Below, piece by piece: positions 28,520 through 37,764 of a stretch of 60,768 nt of DNA. This stretch comes from Parcubacteria group bacterium (lineage in GTDB: Bacteria; Patescibacteriota; Minisyncoccia; Moranbacterales; UBA2206). Both the position numbers and the translations under genes were made by a program. The stretch is taken from assembly GCA_041661275.1 (NCBI GenBank), contig JBAZUU010000006.1, positions 1 through 60,768 of the forward strand, in the 5' to 3' direction. The first letter of the stretch is position 1. Every line of letters starts with the position of its first letter. The notes under the pieces were generated by a model that saw only the letters and a program-made list of their open reading frames with translations, had not been told where the DNA came from and ran no database searches.

Positions 28520-29578
28520 ATGGAAAACAGATTTAAAAAAAGAGTCAATTTGACTGATGAAATACTCAATAAAATTACCCAAATTGACGAATTTAGGGGC
28601 TTGTGGAGGGGTAGCTTAAGACTTAGTCCTCAAACGCTGGGCAGGCTTAAAAGAAGCGTCCTTATTACCAGTACGGGGGCTTCTACTCGTATTGAAGGCT
28701 CACAAATGTCTGATGAAGAAGTGGCGAGACTTTTGCGTGGTCTAAAATCAGTACCCCCTAAGGGGCGAGATGCGGAGGAAGTGGCAGGATATGCGGATCT
28801 GCTCGGTCGAATATTTGATAATTGGAAAACCTTCAAAATTACCGAGGGGCAGATTTTGCATTTTCATAAAATACTTCTTAATTTTTCCGAAAAAGACAAA
28901 GGACATAAAGGAAAATACAAGACATCTGATAATAAGGTAGTAATGAGAAAAGAAGATGGCACAGAAGTGGTTATTTTTGACCCAACACCTCCATATATTA
29001 CAAAAAAGGAAATGGACGATGTTTTGTTTTGGCTTAACGAGCAAATAGAAAAGAGGGAAATTCATTTACTTATTCTTATTGCAAACTTTATTTTTGAATT
29101 TCTGGCAATCCATCCTTTCCGTGATGGAAATGGAAGACTTTCAAGAGCATTAACAACCTTACTTCTTCTTAAGGCTGGCTATGCTTATGTTCCCTATATA
29201 TCACTTGATGAAATAATTGAAGAAAAGAAGATTGATTATTATCTGGCTCTCCGAAAAACGCAGTCCAAACATAAGACAGAAAGTGAGGATATAACACCTT
29301 GGCTCAATTTTTTCCTGGATGCTCTCTTGGAACAAGTAAAAAGAGCAAAAGCGATAATGGAAGAAGACCAGCCAGAAAAATTGCTTTCAGAAAAACAACT
29401 GACAATTTATCAGTTATTTCAACAAAGTGATACGCTAAGTGTTTCGGAGGTTAGTGAACTTCTTAATGGCTCAATTCCAATGGCAACCATCAAACAGGCA
29501 TTATCACGCCTGGTTGATTTGAAATTGATTGAAAGAATGGGAGTAACCAGGGGGGCAAGATACAAAAATTGTAGTTAA
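28520..29578 (+). CDS. Fic family protein (AMPylase-type) with a C-terminal wHTH
   Basis: Canonical HPFRDGNGRLSR motif. Confidence 0.9.
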   Translation: MENRFKKRVNLTDEILNKITQIDEFRGLWRGSLRLSPQTLGRLKRSVLITSTGASTRIEGSQMSDEEVARLLRGLKSVPPKGRDAEEVAGYADLLGRIFDNWKTFKITEGQILHFHKILLNFSEKDKGHKGKYKTSDNKVVMRKEDGTEVVIFDPTPPYITKKEMDDVLFWLNEQIEKREIHLLILIANFIFEFLAIHPFRDGNGRLSRALTTLLLLKAGYAYVPYISLDEIIEEKKIDYYLALRKTQSKHKTESEDITPWLNFFLDALLEQVKRAKAIMEEDQPEKLLSEKQLTIYQLFQQSDTLSVSEVSELLNGSIPMATIKQALSRLVDLKLIERMGVTRGARYKNCS

Positions 29579-29730
29579 CTTTATCCATAGATAGGTTTGC
29601 AATTTTCCAAATTATGCAGTAGAACCAAACTATAAAAATACAAGGTAATTTTACAATAATTTTTTATTTTACAACTGATAATTTGCAGCTTAAATTCAAA
29701 GATTTTTTGCGAAGTCTGACTGAACTCGAA

Positions 29731-30006
29731 CACCTCCTTTCTGGGGAGAATCGATAATAACCCAGAATATTGCTCGCGAAGTCCGAATCCGTCATTGGAG
29801 GAGGATGAGCAGTATGGTTATTATCACGGCGGTCGACCAGCCAAAATTTTTTCTACGAAAAAACTTAGGCTGGAACGCCAATGCCTAACAGAGCTGTAAA
29901 ATCTGTAGGTGTGTTTGTACACACACTGGTAGACTTTAGGACTAATCGCAATAGACTGTGATAGCTATAACAAGGACAGCGATGAAACGCTGTTTTTGTG
30001 TTTTTG
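29731..30006 (+). ncRNA. 16S 3' tail plus structured trailer RNA, copy D
   Basis: Core is CACCTCCTTTCTGGGGAG. It is the closest relative of copy A, with long near-identical stretches, and ends in the terminator ACAGCGATGAAACGCTGTTTTT. Confidence 0.6.
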
Positions 30007-30050
30007 GGATTTGGTTTTTTGCCTGTCCGGTGGTAAAGTAAAAGAAGAAT

Positions 30051-31385
30051 ATGAATTATCCAATTTGGCAAAAAATAAAAAGAAAATGGTATTATCCGAC
30101 GATGGTGATAATTTTGCTTGCCCTGGGTTTTTTGTCCACGCTTTATGTTTATTCGAAAATAAATAGTTTTGAAAAAGAATCTCTTTTGAAACGCTCGGAT
30201 TCTCTTTCTAAGGCGTTTGATCTTCATGAAATTTCTACCCTGGAAGGAAATGAAAATGATTTGCATAATTCGCAGTATATATCGGTTAAGGAAAAACTAA
30301 TTAACATAAAAAAAGTCAATCCTGATGTGCGGTTTGTCTACCTGACCGGAATGAAAGGCGATCAGGTGTATTTCATAGCCGATTCGGAAGACCCTGATTC
30401 CGGGGGGTATTCACCGCCGGGAGAGGCGTATCCCGAAGCCAGTCCGGAATTCAAGGCAATTTTCGGTTCCGGAAAATCTCTTTTGGAGGGTCCGCTCGCT
30501 GACCGATGGGGAAGATGGATTTCCGCTTTGAGTCCAATTCTTGATAGTGATGGGCAAGAAGTGGCGGCGGTAGTCGGGATGGACATCGAAGCGGGAAATT
30601 ATTTGCAAAACGTCTGGCTATATTCATCCGTTCCTATTTTCGCCACAGTAATCTTAATCGCCTTTATCATCACCGGCTGGCTTATTGGACGAAAAGAAGA
30701 AAAGATAATGGAAATCAAATCAGAAATGGTTTCCATGGCCTCTCATGATATCAGGTCTCCTTTAGCTGGCATCCTCTGGTCATTTGAAAAGCTTCACGGG
30801 GAATCCGACAACTTTACTGAAAAACAAATATTAATAATTAATTCTATTGAAAGTACTTGCCGCAATCTTCTTAATACACTCAATGATTTTTTGCTGGCAT
30901 CTCCCGCGGCAGAGATGGGGAAATTAATTTCGCGCAAAGATGATGTTGCCGTGCTTATAAGAGAAATAGCTGATGATTTGGCACTATCCGCTCAAAAATC
31001 ATCCATAAAAATAATTTTCGAAGAAAGTTTTCCGAATAAATTAATCTTAGAATTTGATAGCAGCAAGATGGAAAGAGCTTTGTCTAATATTATTGATAAT
31101 GCTATAAAATATTCGCGTCAGGGGTCGGAAGTGAGGATGGGGTACAAAAAAGAAGATGAATTTCATGTATTTTCCATAAAAGACAAGGGCATCGGAATTG
31201 CCGAGGAAGACGAAGATAAAATCTTCCGAGGGTTTTTTCGGGCGGAAAACGCCAAGAAAAATGCTTCCATCGGAACTGGACTGGGTCTCTATTACGCTAA
31301 AAAAATTATAGAGTTGCATGGCGGGAAAGTATGGTTTGAATCAGTGGAAAATTCAGGCACTACCTTTTTCGTGGCACTTAAATAA
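30051..31385 (+). CDS. Sensor histidine kinase
   Basis: It has two TM helices flanking an extracytoplasmic domain, the H-box SHDIRSPL, an N-box, and G-boxes DKGIGI / GTGLGL. Confidence 0.9.
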   Translation: MNYPIWQKIKRKWYYPTMVIILLALGFLSTLYVYSKINSFEKESLLKRSDSLSKAFDLHEISTLEGNENDLHNSQYISVKEKLINIKKVNPDVRFVYLTGMKGDQVYFIADSEDPDSGGYSPPGEAYPEASPEFKAIFGSGKSLLEGPLADRWGRWISALSPILDSDGQEVAAVVGMDIEAGNYLQNVWLYSSVPIFATVILIAFIITGWLIGRKEEKIMEIKSEMVSMASHDIRSPLAGILWSFEKLHGESDNFTEKQILIINSIESTCRNLLNTLNDFLLASPAAEMGKLISRKDDVAVLIREIADDLALSAQKSSIKIIFEESFPNKLILEFDSSKMERALSNIIDNAIKYSRQGSEVRMGYKKEDEFHVFSIKDKGIGIAEEDEDKIFRGFFRAENAKKNASIGTGLGLYYAKKIIELHGGKVWFESVENSGTTFFVALK

Positions 31386-31483
31386 ATACTTTGATGGCAA
31401 TATTAAAAAACTGTTGTTTAAATAGTGCAAATTAAGATTTTTTGCTATAATGATATAGCCGGTAATTATTAAAAAACAGAACA

Positions 31484-32173
31484 ATGAAAAAAACATTACT
31501 CGTCGCAATTCTTTTGATGTTTGGCTTGGTCGCCCAGACTCAAGCGGTAAGCACTAACTCTAATCAGGGAACTAAAGCTGGACAAGCTGATGCAGCTACG
31601 GTTCAGGGCAATCAGGCTGGAAATGCCGTAAAAACTAAAGAACAAAACGCAGTAAAAAATCAAGGGGAAAGTACTCAAATTCAGACTCAAGAACAAAATG
31701 CGGTAGAGACCAAAGATAGCGCAAAAGACAAAACTAAAAATAGCAAAGGACAATTCAATGCTGAATCTCATCGAAGCGCGGTGGCTACTTTTGTTCAGAG
31801 TCTTTTGACTGTCGCTGATAGAGAGGGCGGAATCGGGCAGGAAGTAAAAGTCATCGCCCAGCAGCAGAATGATATCAAAAATAGAACATCTGACCTAATA
31901 AATGCTGTTGAAAATAGAAATAAGGTAAAAACATTTTTCATAGGTACAAGTTATAAAAATCTTGGAGAACTGCGAAGCCAGATGGTCCAAACACGAAATC
32001 AAATTGAGCAGTTGAAGCAATTGGCGGAAAAAGCGGAAAATGAAGGAGACAGGACCGAACTGCAAAACCAGATTCAAGTATTGGAGCTAGAGCAAACAAA
32101 CATTAATAACTTTATTACCCAGAATGAAAGCAAGTTTAGTTTGTTTGGTTGGGCAGTGAAATTATTTCGGTAA
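31484..32173 (+). CDS. Secreted coiled-coil protein, hypothetical
   Basis: It has a signal peptide and low-complexity Q/N/K-rich repeats. The C-terminal KFSLFGWAVKLF is shared with 53835-55304. Confidence 0.5.
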   Translation: MKKTLLVAILLMFGLVAQTQAVSTNSNQGTKAGQADAATVQGNQAGNAVKTKEQNAVKNQGESTQIQTQEQNAVETKDSAKDKTKNSKGQFNAESHRSAVATFVQSLLTVADREGGIGQEVKVIAQQQNDIKNRTSDLINAVENRNKVKTFFIGTSYKNLGELRSQMVQTRNQIEQLKQLAEKAENEGDRTELQNQIQVLELEQTNINNFITQNESKFSLFGWAVKLFR

Positions 32174-32282
32174 TAGCATATTCCTTTGGATAGACTTAAA
32201 ACCGTCAGGAATGACGGTTTTTTGTTGCTCCACTATGCTTCGTTTTTCAATAACCTTGACCAAGATTTCAATAAGGTATATT

Positions 32283-32302
32283 ATTCTAATATAAATTAGA
32301 AT
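32283..32302. promoter_or_regulatory. Second copy of the ArsR-type palindromic operator
   Basis: ATTCTAATATAAATTAGAAT is identical to 18760-18779. TTGACC lies at 32256. Confidence 0.6.
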
Positions 32303-32311
32303 ACTTTTTTT

Positions 32312-32620
32312 ATGGAATTCAAATGTTGTGCTAAAAATTCAGGAGAAGAGAAAAATGTCGGCAAGACTTATGAATTTTTGCGTGCCATTGCCGACCCGAA
32401 CAGACTAAAAATACTTTGTCTTCTTCGGAATGGTCCAAGATGCGTATGCAAGATAGTTCCTGCCATAGGGATATCCGACAAGCTGGCTTCCCATCATCTC
32501 AAACAGCTCAAAAAAATAGGGTTGCTGAAAGATATGAGGGAGGGGAATTTTATCCGCTACGATTTGAATAAAAAAGTCATTAAAGAATATAAGAAAATTT
32601 TTAATCAAGTAATTAAATAA
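32312..32620 (+). CDS. ArsR/SmtB-family repressor (paralog of 18789)
   Basis: High identity to 18789-19097, including the CVCK metal-site motif. Confidence 0.85.
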   Translation: MEFKCCAKNSGEEKNVGKTYEFLRAIADPNRLKILCLLRNGPRCVCKIVPAIGISDKLASHHLKQLKKIGLLKDMREGNFIRYDLNKKVIKEYKKIFNQVIK

Positions 32621-32640
32621 TTATTAACACGCGAAAAATT

Positions 32641-32928
32641 ATGGTCATCAAAATTTTGGGTTCCGGCTGCCCTAATTGCCAAAAACTGGAAGCTAACACG
32701 AAACAAGCGCTGGAAGAATTGAAAATGGAAGCGGAAGTGGAAAAAGTAACCGATATGGAAAAGATAATGGGCTATGGAATTATGAGCCTGCCGGCGATTG
32801 TAGCGGATGAAAAAGTATTGGGTTATGGGGTTGTTCCTTCAGTTGAAGAGATTAAGAAATTGCTTTCAGGGGATAAAACTTCCCATGATAATCATACGGA
32901 ATGTTGCTCTTGCGGCGGTAAGCGCTAA
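32641..32928 (+). CDS. Thioredoxin-fold protein (paralog of 19118) with a Cys/His-rich tail
   Basis: It has KILGSGCPNCQ plus a C-terminal HDNHTECCSCGG tail. Confidence 0.8.
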   Translation: MVIKILGSGCPNCQKLEANTKQALEELKMEAEVEKVTDMEKIMGYGIMSLPAIVADEKVLGYGVVPSVEEIKKLLSGDKTSHDNHTECCSCGGKR

Positions 32929-32934
32929 AAACCA

Positions 32935-33816
32935 ATGATGAAAAATACTAATATTTTTATAGCTATAATTCTCAATATTATTATCACTGTTTTTGAGATA
33001 ATCGCTGGACTTCTCATCGGCAGTTTGGCTTTGGTTTCTGAAGCTTTGCATAACTTTTCTGATGTCGGAGCATTATCTTTAAGCTGGTGGGGAGAGAAGG
33101 TAAAGGAAAAAGGTAATACCAAGCATAAGACTTACGGATATAAACGGGCGGAAATATTGATTGCCTTTTTTAATTCTCTCGTGCTTCTGGCTGTAGTGGT
33201 CTTTATTTTGTTTGAGGCCATTCAAAGATTATTCCATCCTTCGGAAATTACTGGCGGTTGGATGATCGTGGCTTCTTTGGTTGCCCTAGTTGGCAATAGT
33301 AAAGCGACATATCTCTTAGAAAAAGACGCTCATAAAAATCTAAATCTAAAAAGTGCCTGGCTTCATTCGCTTCAGGATGCCTTATTTTCTTTGGGGGTAG
33401 TGTTGGGTGCGATTTTAATCTACTTTTTTCACTGGTATATTATTGACCCGATTATCTCAATCGTCCTTTCTGTCTATATTCTCAAAGAAGTTTATGAACT
33501 CCTGAAACAGACATTGGATATTCTGATGGAAAGCGTGCCAACAGATATTGATTTTGAAAAGGTAAAAATACTCTTAGAAGAATTTTCCAAAGTTAAAAAA
33601 GCCAACGATATCCATATCTGGCAGACCGACAGCAATAGCCGATTTTTGAGTGCCCATTTGGAAATTGAAAACGTGGAAAATGGAGAACGAAACGGATTAC
33701 TTTCGGAAATTCAAAAAACATTGCTCAAAGATTTTAAGATAAATCACACAACTATTCAGATGGTATCGGCAACCGAAGCGGAAAAATTAAAACTAAATTG
33801 TAATCATTGTAACTAA
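32935..33816 (+). CDS. Cation diffusion facilitator transporter (paralog of 22788)
   Basis: HNFSDV and HSLQDA motifs, and a C-terminal CNHCN shared with its paralog. Confidence 0.85.
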   Translation: MMKNTNIFIAIILNIIITVFEIIAGLLIGSLALVSEALHNFSDVGALSLSWWGEKVKEKGNTKHKTYGYKRAEILIAFFNSLVLLAVVVFILFEAIQRLFHPSEITGGWMIVASLVALVGNSKATYLLEKDAHKNLNLKSAWLHSLQDALFSLGVVLGAILIYFFHWYIIDPIISIVLSVYILKEVYELLKQTLDILMESVPTDIDFEKVKILLEEFSKVKKANDIHIWQTDSNSRFLSAHLEIENVENGERNGLLSEIQKTLLKDFKINHTTIQMVSATEAEKLKLNCNHCN

Positions 33817-33825
33817 AAATAATTT

Positions 33826-34794
33826 ATGAATATCTTCTATCCCGTGCAATTATTCGCTGATTGGCTAACTTATTCGGCCTTTGGCATTGCTAAGGAAACA
33901 TTATTGGCTTCTGCTGTTAATTTTTTTATCTTTGATACGATAAAAATAGTTATATTATTAGTCGTTATTATATTCATCGTTTCCATCATTCGTTCCTTTC
34001 TACCGCCAGAAAAAATCAGGAAAGTTTTAGCAGGAAACAAAAAATATTCCGGCAATGTTTTGGCTTCACTTCTGGGAATAGTTACGCCATTTTGCACATG
34101 CTCGGCAATTCCGCTATTTATCGGATTTTTGGAAGCTGGTGTTCCCCTTGGCACAACATTTTCTTTTTTAGTGGCTTCGCCAATGATAAACGAAGTAGCT
34201 CTGGTTTTGCTATTCGGACTTTTTGGCTGGAAAATCGCAGCGCTTTATATCATCAGCGGCCTTATTATCGCTATCCTTTCAGGGATAATCATCGGGCATT
34301 TAAACGTAGAAAATCTGGTAGCGGATTTTATTTACAAAAACAAACTAAATGGACAAGTTCAATTGCCAGAGATGACCTGGAAAAAAAGAATCGATTATGC
34401 CAAAAATTACACTTTGGGAATAATTAAAAAAGTCTGGATATATATCATTATCGGAATCGGCATCGGCGCTTGGATTCACGGCTATGTGCCGACTGATTTT
34501 CTGGCCCAGTACGCATCTTCCGACAAGTGGTACGCGGTACCGTTGGCAGTTCTCATCGGCATTCCGCTATATTCCAACGCCGCCGGTGTCATTCCTCTGG
34601 TCGGAGTTCTATCCGAAAAAGGAGTATCGATGGGAACAAGTCTGGCTTTTATGATGGCTGTCACTGGACTATCGCTTCCGGAATTTATGATCTTGAAAAA
34701 AGTGATGAAAGTGAAGTTGATTGTGATTTTCGCCAGTATTGTGGGATTGGGAATCATTTTTACAGGGTATTTATTCAACCTGATCTTGAAATAG
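33826..34794 (+). CDS. DUF318/ArsP-type permease (paralog of 23723)
   Basis: TPFCTCSAIPLF motif, and very high identity to 23723-24691. Confidence 0.7.
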   Translation: MNIFYPVQLFADWLTYSAFGIAKETLLASAVNFFIFDTIKIVILLVVIIFIVSIIRSFLPPEKIRKVLAGNKKYSGNVLASLLGIVTPFCTCSAIPLFIGFLEAGVPLGTTFSFLVASPMINEVALVLLFGLFGWKIAALYIISGLIIAILSGIIIGHLNVENLVADFIYKNKLNGQVQLPEMTWKKRIDYAKNYTLGIIKKVWIYIIIGIGIGAWIHGYVPTDFLAQYASSDKWYAVPLAVLIGIPLYSNAAGVIPLVGVLSEKGVSMGTSLAFMMAVTGLSLPEFMILKKVMKVKLIVIFASIVGLGIIFTGYLFNLILK

Positions 34795-34945
34795 TATTTT
34801 TTCGTATAAACTTAATACGAAAACAGCGATCAAACGCCTGCCTGCCGGTAGGCAGGCTGTTTTTGTGTTTCGAAAGAATGAAATATAAAACCTTCAAAAA
34901 TGTAATAAAACACAAGCAGCAGTGAATTAAATTAAAATTAAATTT

Positions 34946-35242
34946 ATGTTTGAAATAGTTAGAACACTAGTAAATATCGTTTTTGGAGTTATTGAATTTT
35001 TACTTGCCCTTAGATTCATATTCAAATTCTTTGTGGTAAACATTAGCGCTCCTTTTGTGGCTTGGGTATACAGTGCAACAGCGGGGCTGGTCAGTCCGTT
35101 TGCCAGAATTGTTCCCAATTTGAATCTGGCGGGATTTGTCATCGACTTCACCACACTGGCCGCGCTTGTCGTATATTCCCTGATCGGCTATCTGATATTG
35201 GAAATATTTTCCTACACAGGCTCTAGATACAATCGGGCTTGA
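34946..35242 (+). CDS. YggT-family membrane protein
   Basis: Its size and two-TM pattern are typical of YggT. Confidence 0.55.
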   Translation: MFEIVRTLVNIVFGVIEFLLALRFIFKFFVVNISAPFVAWVYSATAGLVSPFARIVPNLNLAGFVIDFTTLAALVVYSLIGYLILEIFSYTGSRYNRA

Positions 35243-35280
35243 TAAGTTTTTGGTATAAATAATTTTTAAAAAACAAAAAT

Positions 35281-35430
35281 ATGTTGTGGACAATAGCGGT
35301 GATCTTATTGATCCTATGGCTTCTGGGGTTCATTACTGCCAGTACTTTTGGCGGGTGGATCCATCTTCTTTTGGTCATAGCGCTGGTGGTGGTTGTCATT
35401 CAGCTCTTGCAGGGTCGGCGGGTTATGTAG
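35281..35430 (+). CDS. Small membrane protein (lmo0937-like), absent from the ORF track because it is under 60 aa
   Basis: MLWTIAVILLILWLLGFITASTFGGWIHLLLVIALVVVVIQLLQGRRVM. This sequence pattern recurs in small two-TM proteins. Confidence 0.55.
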   Translation: MLWTIAVILLILWLLGFITASTFGGWIHLLLVIALVVVVIQLLQGRRVM

Positions 35431-35534
35431 AAACTCAAAAGATACGATAAAAACAGGGTAAAACCTGTTTTTTTGCGTTTTTGGGAATAATATGCTTAGA
35501 TGGAAAAAATAATAAATAATCCATTTTCTACATT

Positions 35535-36560
35535 ATGCTGAAAAAAACTTCCCGATATGTCTATTGGTGCTGGAAATCAGTTTGTGTCACGCTGTTCAGG
35601 AAAAAGCACGCCAGGCGGGATGTGATAGTTATATTTTCTTTCATTATCATTGTCGGACTGATTTTGGGAGTTGATTGGCATTTGGGGAAAAAAATAGAAA
35701 AAAAGGGTGTTTCACGAACAAATATCAAGGAGCCGCAGGTGACAGAACAGGATGAAGTGCAGAAAGAAGAAAATGATGTGGCGATCATCCAGTCGCATTT
35801 TGATACGTCTTCCTGGACGCCCTATCAAAATCTTTGGTACGGATTTTCACTCAAGTATCCGCGTGAATGGACTGACCCGGTGATAAAAAAACCAACAATA
35901 GGGGATATGTGGGAACAGAAAATAGAATTTCGTATGAATGAAACAAAAGTAGAAGATCCATTTGAAGGTTTTGATGTTGAAGTGTATAGCATTTCCCGAG
36001 TCAAAGAGGTTTCTAATACGGATGAATTTCCTAAACTGAAAAATTCAGAAATGTCGGGGGACGGACAATGCGCCAACATCGATGGCCATCTTTTGGAAAC
36101 AGGCCAGTATCCTGCGGAAGAAATATATGTTCCAATTTCGGATGCCTGTTACAATGCGGCGTTATTTTTTACCAATACCCGCGGAAACTATATATATACC
36201 ATCGCGCCAAAACTGAAAGAAGGAGCAGGATTGGCGGGCGACCCGGCTAAGGAAATTGCTTCACATATGCCGGAATTTTTCTCGGTCGCTCAAATGTGGA
36301 ACCTTATTGATATTCAGCGGCCAAAACCGGCCATGCCTAAATCTGCTGCGCCTATGGCTAAACCAGCAGTCAACGCTCCTATGCCAGTATCCTATGACAC
36401 GGCTGGCGGCCGTCTGGTCTGCGCTAAAAGTAATGATCACCCGGCAAAAAGCGATCAGCATAAAGGCAAGCATATGGATATGGAATGTTGTTTGGATCCG
36501 GACGAATATCCCAACCCGCACTGTTATTATCCGCCGAGCAAGTACGGGAAATATCTATAA
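35535..36560 (+). CDS. Membrane-anchored hypothetical protein with a Cys/His-rich C-terminus
   Basis: Intact ORF with a TM helix near the N-terminus. The start is uncertain. Confidence 0.45.
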   Translation: MLKKTSRYVYWCWKSVCVTLFRKKHARRDVIVIFSFIIIVGLILGVDWHLGKKIEKKGVSRTNIKEPQVTEQDEVQKEENDVAIIQSHFDTSSWTPYQNLWYGFSLKYPREWTDPVIKKPTIGDMWEQKIEFRMNETKVEDPFEGFDVEVYSISRVKEVSNTDEFPKLKNSEMSGDGQCANIDGHLLETGQYPAEEIYVPISDACYNAALFFTNTRGNYIYTIAPKLKEGAGLAGDPAKEIASHMPEFFSVAQMWNLIDIQRPKPAMPKSAAPMAKPAVNAPMPVSYDTAGGRLVCAKSNDHPAKSDQHKGKHMDMECCLDPDEYPNPHCYYPPSKYGKYL

Positions 36561-36697
36561 CTTTCCTAAAACCAGGTTTTAGGATTCATCAAAAAAAACC
36601 TCTGGAAACGGCGGTTTTTGCTTTCGCAGTTGACTTTCTGATGAAAATCTGCTATAAATAATAGTTAACAAATAAGCATTAATAAATCAGAAAAGAC

Positions 36698-37762
36698 ATG
36701 AATAAAAAAATATTTGATCTCATTATTATCGGCATTATTATCATCGGAGCGATCACGAGTTTTTTTATCTGGAAAAGTTTGACTAGTCGGCCAAGTTTTT
36801 CTCAAGATTCAGTAAAAAAGGGCAATATCACAGAAGTAATTAATCTGACAGGAAACGTCACGCCGCAAGACAAGGCGAATTTGAGTTTTGAAATCACCGG
36901 AAAAATTGAAAAAATATATAAACATACAGGTGATACGGTAAATCAGAATGATATCCTGGTGACGATGGCGAGCGATGATCTTCGCGCCGAGTATAATCAA
37001 TCAGTGAGCTTGGCCAAAAGCGCCGAAGGAATTTTGAATAATTATAACGACCTTAAGGATAGAGAAAAATACAAACTCAAGGCATTAAAAGCTGATGATG
37101 CGGCTAAATATGATAAGAAAGCGCAGGAGGAACAGGTCGATGCCCAAAAATCCTTGATAGGATCGCAAGAAGATCAAGTGAGGGCTGCTTGGGATAATGT
37201 GGCAGCCAAAAAGGCACTTTTTGATCAAGCCACCTTGCGCGCCAATTTTTCCGGAACTGTTGCTCAAACAAACTTTGATGAGGGAGAAGTGGCTTCTGCT
37301 GGAACTCCGGTTTTGACACTGATAAATAACAATGCTTTTGAAATCGAAGCCATGGCCACAGAATTGGATATTAAAAATATCAAAATCGGCCAAAGCGGAA
37401 AAACTAAAACTCTGGAAAATCCGGATAAGCCCTATGACGTTCAAGTGACTCAAATTGATCAAGTGGAAACTGATACTAATGGCGTCCCGGCTTATAAAAT
37501 TAAAATGGAAATACTAAATAATGACGGCTTACGTTCCGGCATGGCCGCCAGTGTCAATTTAGAAACGGCTCAAAAGAATAATGTTCTTCTGGCGCCGAAA
37601 GATTCTATTTTTCAGGACGGAAACGAAAAATATGTTTGGGTCGGTTTCGATGAAAAACGGGAAAAGCGCCAAGTGAAAACGGGAATATATGGTTCGGACG
37701 GCATGGTGGAAATTGTTTCTGGCCTCACCGAAGGCGAAAATATCTTAGTATTAAACAAATAA
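36698..37762 (+). CDS. Efflux periplasmic adaptor (HlyD/MFP family)
   Basis: It has an N-terminal anchor, a lipoyl-like hairpin, a coiled coil and a beta-barrel. Confidence 0.75.
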   Translation: MNKKIFDLIIIGIIIIGAITSFFIWKSLTSRPSFSQDSVKKGNITEVINLTGNVTPQDKANLSFEITGKIEKIYKHTGDTVNQNDILVTMASDDLRAEYNQSVSLAKSAEGILNNYNDLKDREKYKLKALKADDAAKYDKKAQEEQVDAQKSLIGSQEDQVRAAWDNVAAKKALFDQATLRANFSGTVAQTNFDEGEVASAGTPVLTLINNNAFEIEAMATELDIKNIKIGQSGKTKTLENPDKPYDVQVTQIDQVETDTNGVPAYKIKMEILNNDGLRSGMAASVNLETAQKNNVLLAPKDSIFQDGNEKYVWVGFDEKREKRQVKTGIYGSDGMVEIVSGLTEGENILVLNK

Positions 37763-37764
37763 CC

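Noticed and set aside
2304-30051. Expectation of a 23S/5S rRNA or spacer tRNAs downstream of the 16S gene
   Set aside because: No 23S-like conserved blocks and no tRNA-Ile or tRNA-Ala were seen anywhere in the window. The rRNA genes appear unlinked, so the trailer copies are not a conventional 16S-23S spacer.
34092-34925. ORFs 34092-34427(+) and 34527-34925(+)
   Set aside because: They overlap the well-supported permease gene 33826-34794 in other frames, and the second runs across its terminator.
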